64,000 nucleotides of DNA from Alphaproteobacteria bacterium. Lineage in GTDB: Bacteria > Pseudomonadota > Alphaproteobacteria > UBA7887. Location: the NCBI GenBank assembly GCA_965216755.1, contig CBDCGL010000011.1, positions 1,856,001 through 1,920,000 on the forward strand, in the 5' to 3' direction. The position numbers and the translations under genes were made by a program. Below are positions 41,674-51,417 of the stretch, piece after piece. Position 1 is the first letter of the stretch. Each line of letters starts with the position of its first letter. The notes beneath the pieces were generated by a model. The model was not told where the DNA came from and did not search any database. It saw nothing but the letters and a program-made list of their open reading frames with translations.

Positions 41674-41949
41674 ATGCAAAGAACCATGATCCCGTTTTTT
41701 GCGGCTCTGCTTTTGAGCGTTTCCGCGACCGCCCAGCAGGCGGCAGCCATGCCCCTCGACAACACGAATTCAACGATCCATAGCGTGGGCTATGCCAACG
41801 ACGCACCGGTTCGCTGTGCACTGCCATCCAAAGTGAAGCGCATGGGCCGCAATCTAACCGTATTGGCGGCCCGACAGGTTGTGGGGGCCACAGCGCCGCA
41901 TTGCTCTGAACGCGGCGGCACGCAGCTCGTCCGGACCACATATCGGTAG
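41674..41949 (+). CDS. Small secreted protein with a Cys pair
   Basis: RBS GAGAG, signal peptide (FFAALLLSVSATAQQAAA), then CALPSKVKRMGR...CSERGG. Confidence 0.65.
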   Translation: MQRTMIPFFAALLLSVSATAQQAAAMPLDNTNSTIHSVGYANDAPVRCALPSKVKRMGRNLTVLAARQVVGATAPHCSERGGTQLVRTTYR

Positions 41950-42094
41950 AAGGCGAACCATGATTCCTAAGACCTCACAAGGATATCAGCGTTGAACCGA
42001 ACCTTGGCGGCTTCAATGCCACGCCCTGGTGGGAATCAACGACGGGTCGTGATACCTGTATGCGTCGCTTTATGGTGCCGCTAGGAGGGACGCG

Positions 42095-43039
42095 ATGTGC
42101 TCTGATGTCTTGACTTCCAGGTTAAACGTGTCTGCTCGGATCAGTATGGCCGTTACTTTTCTGGTGACGCTGACAGCCTCAACCGGCAATGCCGTGGCTC
42201 AGGATCGTGATTTCAGCACTGTCGAAATCAAGACGCATCAAGTTGCCGAGACGATCTACATGCTCGAAGGCGCCGGCGGTAATATTGGCGTGTGGGCTGG
42301 CAATGACGGTGTATTCTTGATTGACGATCAATACGCGCCACTCACCGACAAGATCCTCGCAGCGATCCGTGAGATCTCAGACCAAGGCGTTCGTTTTCTG
42401 ATCAACACCCACATTCATCCCGATCATGTGGGCGGCAATGAGAATCTCGGTCGTCACGGAGCCGCGATCATTGGCCATGAGAATATTCGAAAGCGGTTGA
42501 TGGAGGGTGTGTTCGGCAATCCGCCCGCGCCAGCAATTGCCTTGCCTGTCATCACTTTTGAGCACGACCTCATGTTCCATCTTAATGGCGAGGACGCACG
42601 CGCCTTCAAAGTGCCGGATTCACACACGGATGGCGACACGATCGTGCATTTCCAGGGATCAGACGTCATTCATACCGGCGACGTATTTCGCACCACAAGC
42701 TATCCTGTCATTGACACGCGCAATGGCGGCACGTTTCGCGGCACGATCGAAACCCTCGATATAATTCTCCAGACCGCCGGTCCCAATACCAAGATCATTC
42801 CCGGCCATGGAATGGTGACCGATAGAGCCATGGTCCAGACATTTCGGGATATGGTCGCGGATATCGGCGCGCGGATTGCTGCACGCGTCGACAAAGGACA
42901 GTCGCGCGACGAGGTCGTGGCGGCGAAAGTGACCGCCAGCTATGACGCGCAGTGGGGTTATCCGGAAGGCTTTTTCTTTACCAACGATCGCTTGGTCGAG
43001 ATCATTTACGATGAACTGGCGGGTGACGGCCAACGGTGA
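42095..43039 (+). CDS. Secreted MBL-fold metallo-hydrolase
   Basis: THIHPDHVGGN, SHTDGD, HTGD and IPGHG motifs; signal peptide AVA-Q. Confidence 0.92.
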   Translation: MCSDVLTSRLNVSARISMAVTFLVTLTASTGNAVAQDRDFSTVEIKTHQVAETIYMLEGAGGNIGVWAGNDGVFLIDDQYAPLTDKILAAIREISDQGVRFLINTHIHPDHVGGNENLGRHGAAIIGHENIRKRLMEGVFGNPPAPAIALPVITFEHDLMFHLNGEDARAFKVPDSHTDGDTIVHFQGSDVIHTGDVFRTTSYPVIDTRNGGTFRGTIETLDIILQTAGPNTKIIPGHGMVTDRAMVQTFRDMVADIGARIAARVDKGQSRDEVVAAKVTASYDAQWGYPEGFFFTNDRLVEIIYDELAGDGQR

Positions 43040-43076
43040 AGCCGTCCCAATGCCATCAGCCCAAATACCGGTCTAC

Positions 43077-43739
43077 CTACCGAGGCAACAGCTCGCTCGA
43101 CGCGATTAGTTCCGCGTGGCTTGGATGCTGCGCATAGGCGCTGAAGTCGTCTTGGGCGACCACATGCGTCCAGCGAACGATGCCGCTACGGTCTATCAGA
43201 AAATAGCTAATTAATGGTGATACATCGTCCGGCGGGCCTTCCTCCGACGCGTCTTGTGCTTTGAAGCCGTCCTCCGCATCAATGCGCTTGCCGGCTTCAA
43301 GAACCGTGACCGGCTCGCTGAAGTCGTCGCTATCTTTGAGTAAAGTGCGCCCAAAATCGGCGACATTCAGGACTTCGGGCCAAGCTGTCGGTTGGTCTTT
43401 CGAGAACCGATATATTGGTACGCCGTATCTACGATGAATACCGAGCGTCGGGTCGGCCGCCAGTGGCAATCCTGGTTTCCGATATTTCGTATATAGCCGC
43501 GCCGCCGCGATGGATGTGGTGGTGACAGCCAACGTCTCGACCCCCTGCGTATCCAGTTCCTTTGCTGTATAGGCGAGCGCCGCCAAGTTACGCCGACAAA
43601 ATGGACATTCGAAGCTGCGTAACAAGGCCAGCAACAAGGGTGCGCGTTCGAGGTAGTCGGTCAACCGTACCCGATTGTCACCATTCACCAATGGCAAATC
43701 GAAATCAGGCGCTCGCGCGCCCGGCGCAACCATTGTCAT
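43077..43739 (-). CDS. AhpC/TSA-like redoxin (CPFC), paralogue A
   Basis: PGARAPDFDLP, ECPFCRR, LAADP..IHRRYG and FLIDRSGIVRW. Confidence 0.88.
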   Translation of the reverse strand: MTMVAPGARAPDFDLPLVNGDNRVRLTDYLERAPLLLALLRSFECPFCRRNLAALAYTAKELDTQGVETLAVTTTSIAAARLYTKYRKPGLPLAADPTLGIHRRYGVPIYRFSKDQPTAWPEVLNVADFGRTLLKDSDDFSEPVTVLEAGKRIDAEDGFKAQDASEEGPPDDVSPLISYFLIDRSGIVRWTHVVAQDDFSAYAQHPSHAELIASSELLPR

Positions 43740-44034
43740 TTGAGCTGATCCCTTTGTCGCAACACCTTCCGCTCTCCGCCGCAATATGGGCGTGCGCGCG
43801 CGGATCTTCAATCACATTGCTCAACAGCCGCGGCGCATCCGCCCACGACATCCGGAACCGCTCCAGATGACCGTGGGAATTGAGTTCCGCCCCACGTGCC
43901 AGCGCGGTCAATCAGAGTTCGCCAGCGGAGTAAACGCCTTGCGCAAGTCGTGTTGATTCGTCGCATATGATAGGTTTCGTGGAAGTGTGTGTGGAAACGC
44001 AACGAGGAAACGCGCCGGTGCGACCAACCGTAAG

Positions 44035-47000
44035 ATGAACTGCTCGACTTGCCAATACGAGCTCGAATCTGAATTCCGGTTTTGCCCGAAATGTGGGTCG
44101 AGACAAGCGCGAACTTGCGCGAGTTGCGGCACCGAATGCGCACCGGATTTCTCTTTTTGCCCGCGCTGCGGCAATACCCTCGATAGCCAGCCATCCGCGA
44201 CGGCATCCAAGCCTGCCGCAAACCTGGAAAAAGAGGCTGATCGTCGGCCTGTGACGGTCATATTTGCGGACTTGTCCGGGTTTACCACCCTGAGCGAGCG
44301 TATGGATCCCGAGGAAGTGCGCGCCCTTCAGGATGACTTCCACCACGCAATCCGTGATGTGGTACGTGAATTTGACGGTTTTCTAGAGAAGTTTGTTGGC
44401 GATGCCGCGCTCGTCATATTTGGCGCCCCAATCGCCCATGAGGATGATCCGGAACGTGGGTTGCGTGCCGCCCTTGCCCTGATGGAACGGATAGACACGC
44501 TCAACGAACGCTGGCAAGCCCGCGTAGGCCAGCCGCTTCGACTCCACATCGGCGTCAATACCGGACCGGTGGTGGCCGGCGCACTTGGGGCCGCGGGGGA
44601 CGCTGCCTACGCGGTCACCGGCGATACCGTCAATACGGCAGCAAGATTACAGTCCGCGGCTGGACCGGGCGAGATCCTTGTCGGCCCGCAAACCCATAGT
44701 CTGACCCGTCAGCTGTTCACATTCGAGCCTGTCGGCGAAATAAGCATGAAAGGGAAGTCCGTACCGATATTTGTCTATCGGTTATCAAACCAAGGACTGG
44801 CATCCGGTCTCGGTCCGGCCCGCGGCCTGGCAAGCTTTGGTCTTTCGGCGCCGCTGATCGGGCGAGTCAAGGAAATGACGCAGCTCAAGACTGTCTATGC
44901 GCGCGCTATCGGTGGTCGCGCCCAAATCGCGCGCATCGTGGGCGATGCCGGCAGCGGCAAGACCCGCTTAGTTGATGAATCGCTGGGCGAATTCGCCGAC
45001 GAAATGGAACAATCGAACGCGACAGTTCATCGGACATCTTGTTCCGCCCTCGGCCGTCAGGGTTTTGGTGTGTTGGCACAACTCGTTCGAAACGCCTTCG
45101 AACTCGATGAAACAGACGATTTTGAGAGTGCCCGTAACAAGATACGCCGCGGGCTTGTTGCGGCAAGCGCAGATGGTGATGTGCACCATATTGTGTCATC
45201 ACTCGGCCCCATCTTAGGGTTGGCGTCACAAGACGGCGACCCCAATACCGTGCCGCCTGAGCAGCTGAAACGCCAAATATTTGTAGCTGCCCGCGACATG
45301 CTTGAGACTTGGTTGAACGCCGGCCCAGTGATCATCGTGATTGAAGACCTACACTGGAGCGATCCGGCATCAGTCGAAGTATTGCGGTACATGGTCGAAC
45401 ACGTCTCCCAGCAACGCGTTCTTCTACTCGTAAGCCACCGCCCAACGTGGGATGCCGCTGCGTTACACACAGAAAACACGCCGCAAACGATCGTTAGGTT
45501 GTCGCCACTTGATGAGACACATTGTCACGCGCTATTCGATTGCTATTTCGGCGCGTCAACGTCGACTATTTCGGACAAGGTGCGCAGCTTCGTCGCGGCG
45601 CGTGCAGGTGGTAATCCGTTCTACCTTGAAGAACTCGTTCGCAGCCTAATTGAAAAGAAACTCATCTATCGGGAGGAAGGCATTTGGACCTCCGCCCACG
45701 CGGATGCGCCGGTCGATATCCCGATGACAATCCAAGGTCTGCTCATTTCCCGCCTTGATCGGCTTTCCGATGAGCTGCGGGCGCGGATCCAGGAAGCGGC
45801 CATATTGGGGGTCGTGTTTCGCCGCAATTTGCTTGCCACCCTGGCCGGTCCCGAAGCCGATGTCGAAAGCGGTCTGGCGGCGCTGTGCGAAGCGGAAATC
45901 GTTGAGCGGATCGACCAGCCTGGCATGCCGTACGATCGCGACGGAGACCCGCAATTTCGATTTACGCATGCCATCGTGCAAGAGGTGATCTACGAAAATC
46001 TGCTGATGCGGCGGCGGACAGAACTTCACGGTTTAGCCGGTGAGGCACTCGAAAAACATTGTAGTGGCACGCCACAACGTTTGGAAGACGCGGACGCACT
46101 GGCGCGTCATTTCAGCCGCTCCGCTGACCAAACGAAAGGGCTCAAATATCTCGTTGCCGCAGGAGATTGGTCGCGACGCAGTTTTGCAGCGGAGAATGCC
46201 GCCAGTCACTTTCGCATCCCGCTTCAATTGGTGGAAAGAAACGGGCGCAACTCTGCTCTCCATTGCGATATATTGGAACGCCTCGCTGACACGCTTGGCG
46301 CACTCGGTGAACGTGATGCCGCTTTGGCTTACTATCGCACCCTTTTGGAGATGGTGACCGCGCCAGATCACGCGATAGTGCGGGCGCGTACGCTGCGCAA
46401 GATGGCGGGTTTGCACTGGGAGGCTGGCGAACGCGACACATCGTTTGCGAATTTGCAGGCGGCGCTTGGTTTGGTTGGCGAGCATGAATCGTCAACCGAG
46501 CGTGGATACCTTTGCCAAGAGATGGGGCGACTCGCCTTTCGCAGTGGTGACAACGAGAAAGCCATTGATTGGGCCGGTCGGGCGCTTAGCGCAGTGGATC
46601 CAGCGGTTACCGCTGCCGCGACAGCCCATGGGCAACCGAATGGGGATGCTGCACGTATTGTTGCCGAAGCATATAACACGATCGGCGTTGCAAAAGCGCG
46701 TCTCGGAGAGTTTACTGATGCCGTTGCCGATGTTGAACGGAGTCTCGAAATTGCTGAATTCAATGAGCTCCACGATGTCTCTTGTCGCGGCTATACAAAT
46801 CTTGGGGTTCTTTACAGCACGCTTGATCCAAGACGCGCGATCGACGTGTGTCAGCGCGGTCTCGCGGTGGCGATCAAAATTGGCGACTTAGCATATCAAT
46901 CACTGCTCTACGCAAATCTCGGCGTGTCATACTGTACATTCACCGGGCGTTGCGAGGGTGAAGGTGTGGATGCCGTGCGCCGCGCCATCGAACTCGACCG

Positions 47001-47292
47001 ACAGCTGGGCCTGGTCGACCATCTACCGGTATCGCTCATCGCGTTGGGGCAAATCTATCAATGCCACGGCCAACCGCGTATGGCGATTGAGTTCTACCAA
47101 GAGGCGCTTGAGCTGGCAGTTGATTCAAACGAACCGCAGCTCTTGTTTCCTTGTTACGACGGACTGGCCACCGTTCATCTTGACATCGACGATTTGACCA
47201 GCGCTGAGAAATACATGGAGCAAGCGCAAGCGGTGTGCGAGCGCGCGGGCCTGGATCCGGATTCGTTGGTCGTCATGCCATTCCTGTGTTGA
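44035..47292 (+). CDS. Double zinc ribbon - class III nucleotide cyclase - STAND/AAA16 ATPase - TPR protein
   Basis: Four CxxC pairs, FADLSGFT, EKFVGDA, GDTVNTAARL, Walker A GDAGSGKT, Walker B IEDLHW, GGNPFYLEE and a TPR array. Confidence 0.94.
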   Translation: MNCSTCQYELESEFRFCPKCGSRQARTCASCGTECAPDFSFCPRCGNTLDSQPSATASKPAANLEKEADRRPVTVIFADLSGFTTLSERMDPEEVRALQDDFHHAIRDVVREFDGFLEKFVGDAALVIFGAPIAHEDDPERGLRAALALMERIDTLNERWQARVGQPLRLHIGVNTGPVVAGALGAAGDAAYAVTGDTVNTAARLQSAAGPGEILVGPQTHSLTRQLFTFEPVGEISMKGKSVPIFVYRLSNQGLASGLGPARGLASFGLSAPLIGRVKEMTQLKTVYARAIGGRAQIARIVGDAGSGKTRLVDESLGEFADEMEQSNATVHRTSCSALGRQGFGVLAQLVRNAFELDETDDFESARNKIRRGLVAASADGDVHHIVSSLGPILGLASQDGDPNTVPPEQLKRQIFVAARDMLETWLNAGPVIIVIEDLHWSDPASVEVLRYMVEHVSQQRVLLLVSHRPTWDAAALHTENTPQTIVRLSPLDETHCHALFDCYFGASTSTISDKVRSFVAARAGGNPFYLEELVRSLIEKKLIYREEGIWTSAHADAPVDIPMTIQGLLISRLDRLSDELRARIQEAAILGVVFRRNLLATLAGPEADVESGLAALCEAEIVERIDQPGMPYDRDGDPQFRFTHAIVQEVIYENLLMRRRTELHGLAGEALEKHCSGTPQRLEDADALARHFSRSADQTKGLKYLVAAGDWSRRSFAAENAASHFRIPLQLVERNGRNSALHCDILERLADTLGALGERDAALAYYRTLLEMVTAPDHAIVRARTLRKMAGLHWEAGERDTSFANLQAALGLVGEHESSTERGYLCQEMGRLAFRSGDNEKAIDWAGRALSAVDPAVTAAATAHGQPNGDAARIVAEAYNTIGVAKARLGEFTDAVADVERSLEIAEFNELHDVSCRGYTNLGVLYSTLDPRRAIDVCQRGLAVAIKIGDLAYQSLLYANLGVSYCTFTGRCEGEGVDAVRRAIELDRQLGLVDHLPVSLIALGQIYQCHGQPRMAIEFYQEALELAVDSNEPQLLFPCYDGLATVHLDIDDLTSAEKYMEQAQAVCERAGLDPDSLVVMPFLC

Positions 47293-47382
47293 AAGAAAAA
47301 AGCTATGACAGATGAAAGCGTGGGTCTGATGGCAGCATTGCACGCGCCCGCGACGACGCCCCACCTAGCCTTTGGCCGATAG

Positions 47383-48072
47383 ATGAACGCAGTCATGTCG
47401 AACGAGCCCCAAATCAACGAGCCGCTGCGGATCGGCGATGCCGCGCCAGACTTCACATTGCCGGCAGTGAATCGCGAAGGTGAAATAGGCCTCGCCGACT
47501 ACGCTGGCCGGCATGCCCTATTCCTGGGGCTGTTCCGTGGTCTCCACTGCCCTTTTTGCCGGCGCCAAGTTGTGCAGATGAATGGACTGGCAGCAAAACT
47601 CCGTGAGCTTGGCATCGAATCCGTCGCGGTCGTCAACACCACATTGGCGCGGGCGCGTCTCTACTATGGGCGTCGCGCGATGAATATGGCTCTGGCCGTC
47701 GACCCCGAATGGGACACGCACAGGCGCTATGGCCTTGGTCGGCCCACATTGACCGAAGGCCAATCAGATTGGCCGCGCACGATGAATTTGAACGAGTTTC
47801 TGGCGATGCGAACCAACCCAACCGGGGAACTGCCAGAATCGCTTTCGCCGCTCGACGCGAACGAAGCCCTTAATCAACACGATGGCTTCGAGCCGACCGA
47901 AGTTGACCGACAGATACAAGCGGACCACGGTTTGACAGGCGCCGGCTATACACTGATCGGTACCGACCGTCGCGTCCATTGGACTTGGTTGGAAGGCCAA
48001 ACCGGCATGGCCGACATCGCCAAGTTTCCATCCGAAGACGAGATATTCGGCGCGGTCAAATGCGCCGTTTAA
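47383..48072 (+). CDS. AhpC/TSA-like redoxin (CPFC), paralogue B
   Basis: IGDAAPDFTLP, FRGLHCPFCRR and LAVDP..THRRYG. Confidence 0.9.
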   Translation: MNAVMSNEPQINEPLRIGDAAPDFTLPAVNREGEIGLADYAGRHALFLGLFRGLHCPFCRRQVVQMNGLAAKLRELGIESVAVVNTTLARARLYYGRRAMNMALAVDPEWDTHRRYGLGRPTLTEGQSDWPRTMNLNEFLAMRTNPTGELPESLSPLDANEALNQHDGFEPTEVDRQIQADHGLTGAGYTLIGTDRRVHWTWLEGQTGMADIAKFPSEDEIFGAVKCAV

Positions 48073-48104
48073 GGCGCATATCGAGCGCGCGCGGCACCAA
48101 GCGC

Positions 48105-48566
48105 TAGAGCGCTTTCCGACCATATTGAACCATTCTGTCGGAGCGACTTTGTGACAAGATCAAGTCGATGTCCGCAGGCCGTATCGGGCATACGGCTACG
48201 GACAGCGTCGTCGCGATTGTCACAAAATCGCCCGGCCCTGCGGGTTTGCGACCGGCAGGCGTCCCCCAATGGGAATCCATGTGGACGACCACATTGGTCG
48301 GCCGACTTGCCCGATGCGCGCGTGCGGTGGATCGGACGTTCGCTTGATCTCGCAGCGAGCACCAGAGCGAACGTTCGATCCGTGAACCGCACGAGATCCA
48401 AATATTCGGCTCGTGTCCTGACGAAACCGAAGTTCGTAAGGTGCCTGGGGTCAGACGTGACCAACTGCGGTTTCGGGACACGAGCGGCGCGTTGCGGCGC
48501 CCTTTGTGTGGACCACCGCGCCGGACCGCAAACAGAATTGATTCAATATGGTCGGAAAGTGCTCTA
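48105..48566. mobile_element. 462-bp non-autonomous element (IS630-type MITE) with a highly structured interior
   Basis: Terminal inverted repeats TAGAGCGCTTTCCGACCATATTGAA / TTCAATATGGTCGGAAAGTGCTCTA (1 mismatch in 25) with TA ends; no convincing ORF; several long internal hairpins. Confidence 0.8.
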
Positions 48567-48577
48567 ACACCGGCAGC

Positions 48578-49315
48578 TCAAGACTTACGCTGGCGCCGGA
48601 ATTCCTCATACATCTCGGGCGAAGGCGGATAGTAGCGGCCCGGTGGCACCTGGTCGCGAACGATCCTTTCTTTGACGTACGCCTCCACCGCTTCATGTTC
48701 CTCAACAATCACCACACATTCTTCGGCGAACCACGACGGAACCACAACAACACCGTCCCCATCACCGACCAACACGTCACCGGGGCGCACCAGCACGCCG
48801 CCGCACTGAATTTGCACGTTCTCCTCGGCAGGTTCAGCCCAAGGCTCGGACGCATAAGGCGTCCGGCTCCGCGCATAGACGATCAAGTCGTATCGCTCCG
48901 CGGCCATGACGTCGAGATCACGCATGCCGCCATCCGTGACGATACCGTCGGCGTTGTTCATTTTCAGTTGCAGTGCCTTGACATCACCAAAAACGCACGC
49001 CCGCGTCTCACCCATCAAGTCACACACCAATACGTCGCCGGGGCCGCACCGCGCCATGGCGCGATATTCGGGCGAATCCTCCCCCTTCCTGACTTCGGCA
49101 ATAAGATCTGGTCGAGGCGGCAAAAACCGAAGCGTGCGGGCCCGCGCCGCCAGTCGCTCTTGTTCCCGGGTGTAAAGTTCGAGACCTTCGATGAAAGGCA
49201 ACGCCACGCCGGCATCGTGAACAACATGATGCCAAATCGTCGCGACCGGCAGTTTCTTGAAGCGGTCAAGAATTTCCTGCCCGATAATCCGCGTTTCGAA
49301 CGATGATCGAGACAT
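48578..49315 (-). CDS. RraA-like / HMG aldolase family protein
   Basis: ARTLRFLP, GDVLVCD, FGDVKA, VTDGGMRD and VRPGDVLVGDGDGVVVVP. Confidence 0.9.
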   Translation of the reverse strand: MSRSSFETRIIGQEILDRFKKLPVATIWHHVVHDAGVALPFIEGLELYTREQERLAARARTLRFLPPRPDLIAEVRKGEDSPEYRAMARCGPGDVLVCDLMGETRACVFGDVKALQLKMNNADGIVTDGGMRDLDVMAAERYDLIVYARSRTPYASEPWAEPAEENVQIQCGGVLVRPGDVLVGDGDGVVVVPSWFAEECVVIVEEHEAVEAYVKERIVRDQVPPGRYYPPSPEMYEEFRRQRKS

Positions 49316-49362
49316 CAGCTTCGTTCCCTCCGAAAGCTCGACACGCGCAAGCATAGGCGCGA

Positions 49363-49474
49363 GGTTACGTCGATCTTGAACAGAGAACCCTGCAACCCCT
49401 CGACAACCCGTTCGGCGCGTGGTTGTCACCCATGTCTTAGGTACAAACTGTTACCTATGTCTCCGGGCTGGACC
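49363..49474 (+). mobile_element. IS481-family right-end relic
   Basis: Encodes GYVDLEQRTLQPLDNPFGAWLSPMS* (IS481 transposase C-terminus as I recall it). Repeated TGTCACCCATGT/TGTTACCTATGT end motifs abut the tRNA. Confidence 0.8.
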
Positions 49475-49484
49475 AAGAGAAGAA

Positions 49485-49561
49485 TGGTAGCGGAGGAGGG
49501 ATTTGAACCCCCGACACATGGATTATGATTCCACTGCTCTAACCAGCTGAGCTACTCCGCC
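49485..49561 (-). tRNA. tRNA-Met (CAT), elongator type
   Basis: 77-nt cloverleaf GGCGGAGTAGCTCAGCTGGTTAGAGCAGTGGAATCATAATCCATGTGTCGGGGGTTCAAATCCCTCCTCCGCTACCA with encoded CCA. Confidence 0.96.
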
Positions 49562-49615
49562 CCAGGCTGACCGTCCGCATATACGGGGCCGATCAGACGC
49601 TGTCAAGAAACTGCG

Positions 49616-50749
49616 CTAGGGCCGTGGTGTTGCCGGGGTGCCAGCATCATCACGGGCAATCCAGCCACCACCCAAAAGGCGCGTGCCTTGGTAAAAGACC
49701 GCCGCTTGCCCGGGCGAAATCGCCCCAGCCGGTTCGGCCAAAGCGACGTAAACCTGGCCATCATCATCGATGCGGATGGTGGCACGCGCGCCGGCGTGCG
49801 CCGATCGAACTCGGACCGTCGCCGCGCGCGCCGTACCCGGCCGCATGGTGCGATCGAGCCAATTGGTCTCGCGCACCGCAAAGACCGTGCGCGCCAGCGC
49901 TGCCTTGGGACCCACCACGACGCGGCGCGCCTCAGGTTCCAAACGCACAACGTAGAGCGGCGCCGCACCCGCCACGCCCAGCCCGCGGCGTTGTCCGACT
50001 GTATAGTGGACGACGCCATCGTGCCGCCCCACGACGTCGCCAGACATGGTCACAATCTCTCCCGGCTCGACGGCACCAGGACGCAGTTGCTCGATCACGC
50101 GCGCATAATTTCCATTAGGCACAAAACATATGTCTTGGCTATCGGGTTTGTCAGCCACGGGCAGATCAAAGCGCGCCGCCAAATCCCGCGTATCCGATTT
50201 CTCCATGTCACCAAGCGGAAACCAGATAAAGTCCAATTGGTCGGGTCGCGTCGCAAACAAGAAATAGCTTTGGTCCCGCGCAGCATCACGGCCGCTATGC
50301 AATTCAGGGCCGTCCGCCCCCTCGATCCGACGCGCATAGTGGCCGGTTGCCAGCGCGTCCGCGCCCAAATCACGCGCGCTCCGCAAGAGATCTCGAAATT
50401 TGGTTCGCTGATTGCATCGAATACACGGGATCGGCGTTTCACCAGCGACATAGCTGTCAACAAAATCATCAATCACATCGGACTTAAACCGATCTTGGTA
50501 GTTCAGCACGTAGTGGGGAATATCCAACGTCTCGGCGATGCGGCGCGCATCATAGATATCTTCGCCGGCACAACATGCGCCTTTCCGGCCGACCGATGAC
50601 CCATGATCATAAAGTTGCAGTGTCGCGCCAATTACATCGTAACCCTGTTCGACCAGGAGCGCGGCGGTCACCGCGCTGTCGACACCGCCCGACATGGCGA
50701 CCATAACACGCGTGGCCTTGGACGGCTTGTCATATCCTGGGCTGTTCAT
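49616..50749 (-). CDS. mnmA: tRNA-specific 2-thiouridylase MnmA
   Basis: [41 protein letters not shown] and PGQAAVFY. Confidence 0.97.
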   Translation of the reverse strand: MNSPGYDKPSKATRVMVAMSGGVDSAVTAALLVEQGYDVIGATLQLYDHGSSVGRKGACCAGEDIYDARRIAETLDIPHYVLNYQDRFKSDVIDDFVDSYVAGETPIPCIRCNQRTKFRDLLRSARDLGADALATGHYARRIEGADGPELHSGRDAARDQSYFLFATRPDQLDFIWFPLGDMEKSDTRDLAARFDLPVADKPDSQDICFVPNGNYARVIEQLRPGAVEPGEIVTMSGDVVGRHDGVVHYTVGQRRGLGVAGAAPLYVVRLEPEARRVVVGPKAALARTVFAVRETNWLDRTMRPGTARAATVRVRSAHAGARATIRIDDDGQVYVALAEPAGAISPGQAAVFYQGTRLLGGGWIARDDAGTPATPRP

Positions 50750-51417
50750 CGGCGTCCTGCATCCCAACCCATTTGCCAAAATGCGGTCTCTAAGCGCGTC
50801 GCCTGTTCAAACATGGTGCGTAAACCCGGATAACGGTCTTGACCGCCGCGCCGCGCGGCCAATCGGTCTAGTGTTTCAATCGCACTCTGCGCAACGGCTT
50901 GATATTCGTCGCCCGCATACATCTTTACCCACGACGCATACATGTTCTCATCGTCGAGCGCACCTGGCCGCGTTGCCAATTCCCGACCAATTTCGGCATA
51001 TCCAATAACGCATGGTGCCAGCGCAACATGAAGCTCCAACAAGTCTCCGGCCATCCCGCAATCCAGCACATAGCGCGTGTAGGCGACCGTCTCCAGCGTC
51101 TCGCTGGCGCCGGCCAGATCGGTCTCGGTCAACCCCCAATCGGCGCAATAACGCACATGCAATTGCATTTCGACGTTGAGTATCGCATGCATGATCTCCG
51201 CTGCGGCGCGCATGTCTTCCAACCGTTCCGCCTTATAGCTCGCCAAGGCGTACGCGCGCGCAAACTGGATTAAGAACAGATAGTCTTGGACGAGGTAATG
51301 GCGAAATGCTGGCTCTGGCAGTGACCCATCCGCCAGTCCGTCAACAAAAACATGCCCAACATGTTTTCGCCACGTCGGCTCCACATCGGCACGCAATTTA
51401 TCAAACAACGTCGTCAC
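50746..51417 (-). CDS. tenA: Thiaminase II / TenA family protein
   Basis: [23 protein letters not shown] (catalytic Cys) and RLETAFWQM. Confidence 0.92.
   Translation of the reverse strand: MTTLFDKLRADVEPTWRKHVGHVFVDGLADGSLPEPAFRHYLVQDYLFLIQFARAYALASYKAERLEDMRAAAEIMHAILNVEMQLHVRYCADWGLTETDLAGASETLETVAYTRYVLDCGMAGDLLELHVALAPCVIGYAEIGRELATRPGALDDENMYASWVKMYAGDEYQAVAQSAIETLDRLAARRGGQDRYPGLRTMFEQATRLETAFWQMGWDAGRR

Noticed and set aside
43705-44034. In-frame TGA at 43912-43914 joining two minus-strand ORFs (possible selenoprotein or readthrough)
   Set aside because: No recognisable domain or Cys/Sec motif; more simply the divergent promoter region
48418-48445. Hammerhead-like CTGACGA in the MITE
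   Set aside because: No stem II followed by GAAA and no matching cleavage-site helix; the motif lies within a simple hairpin arm
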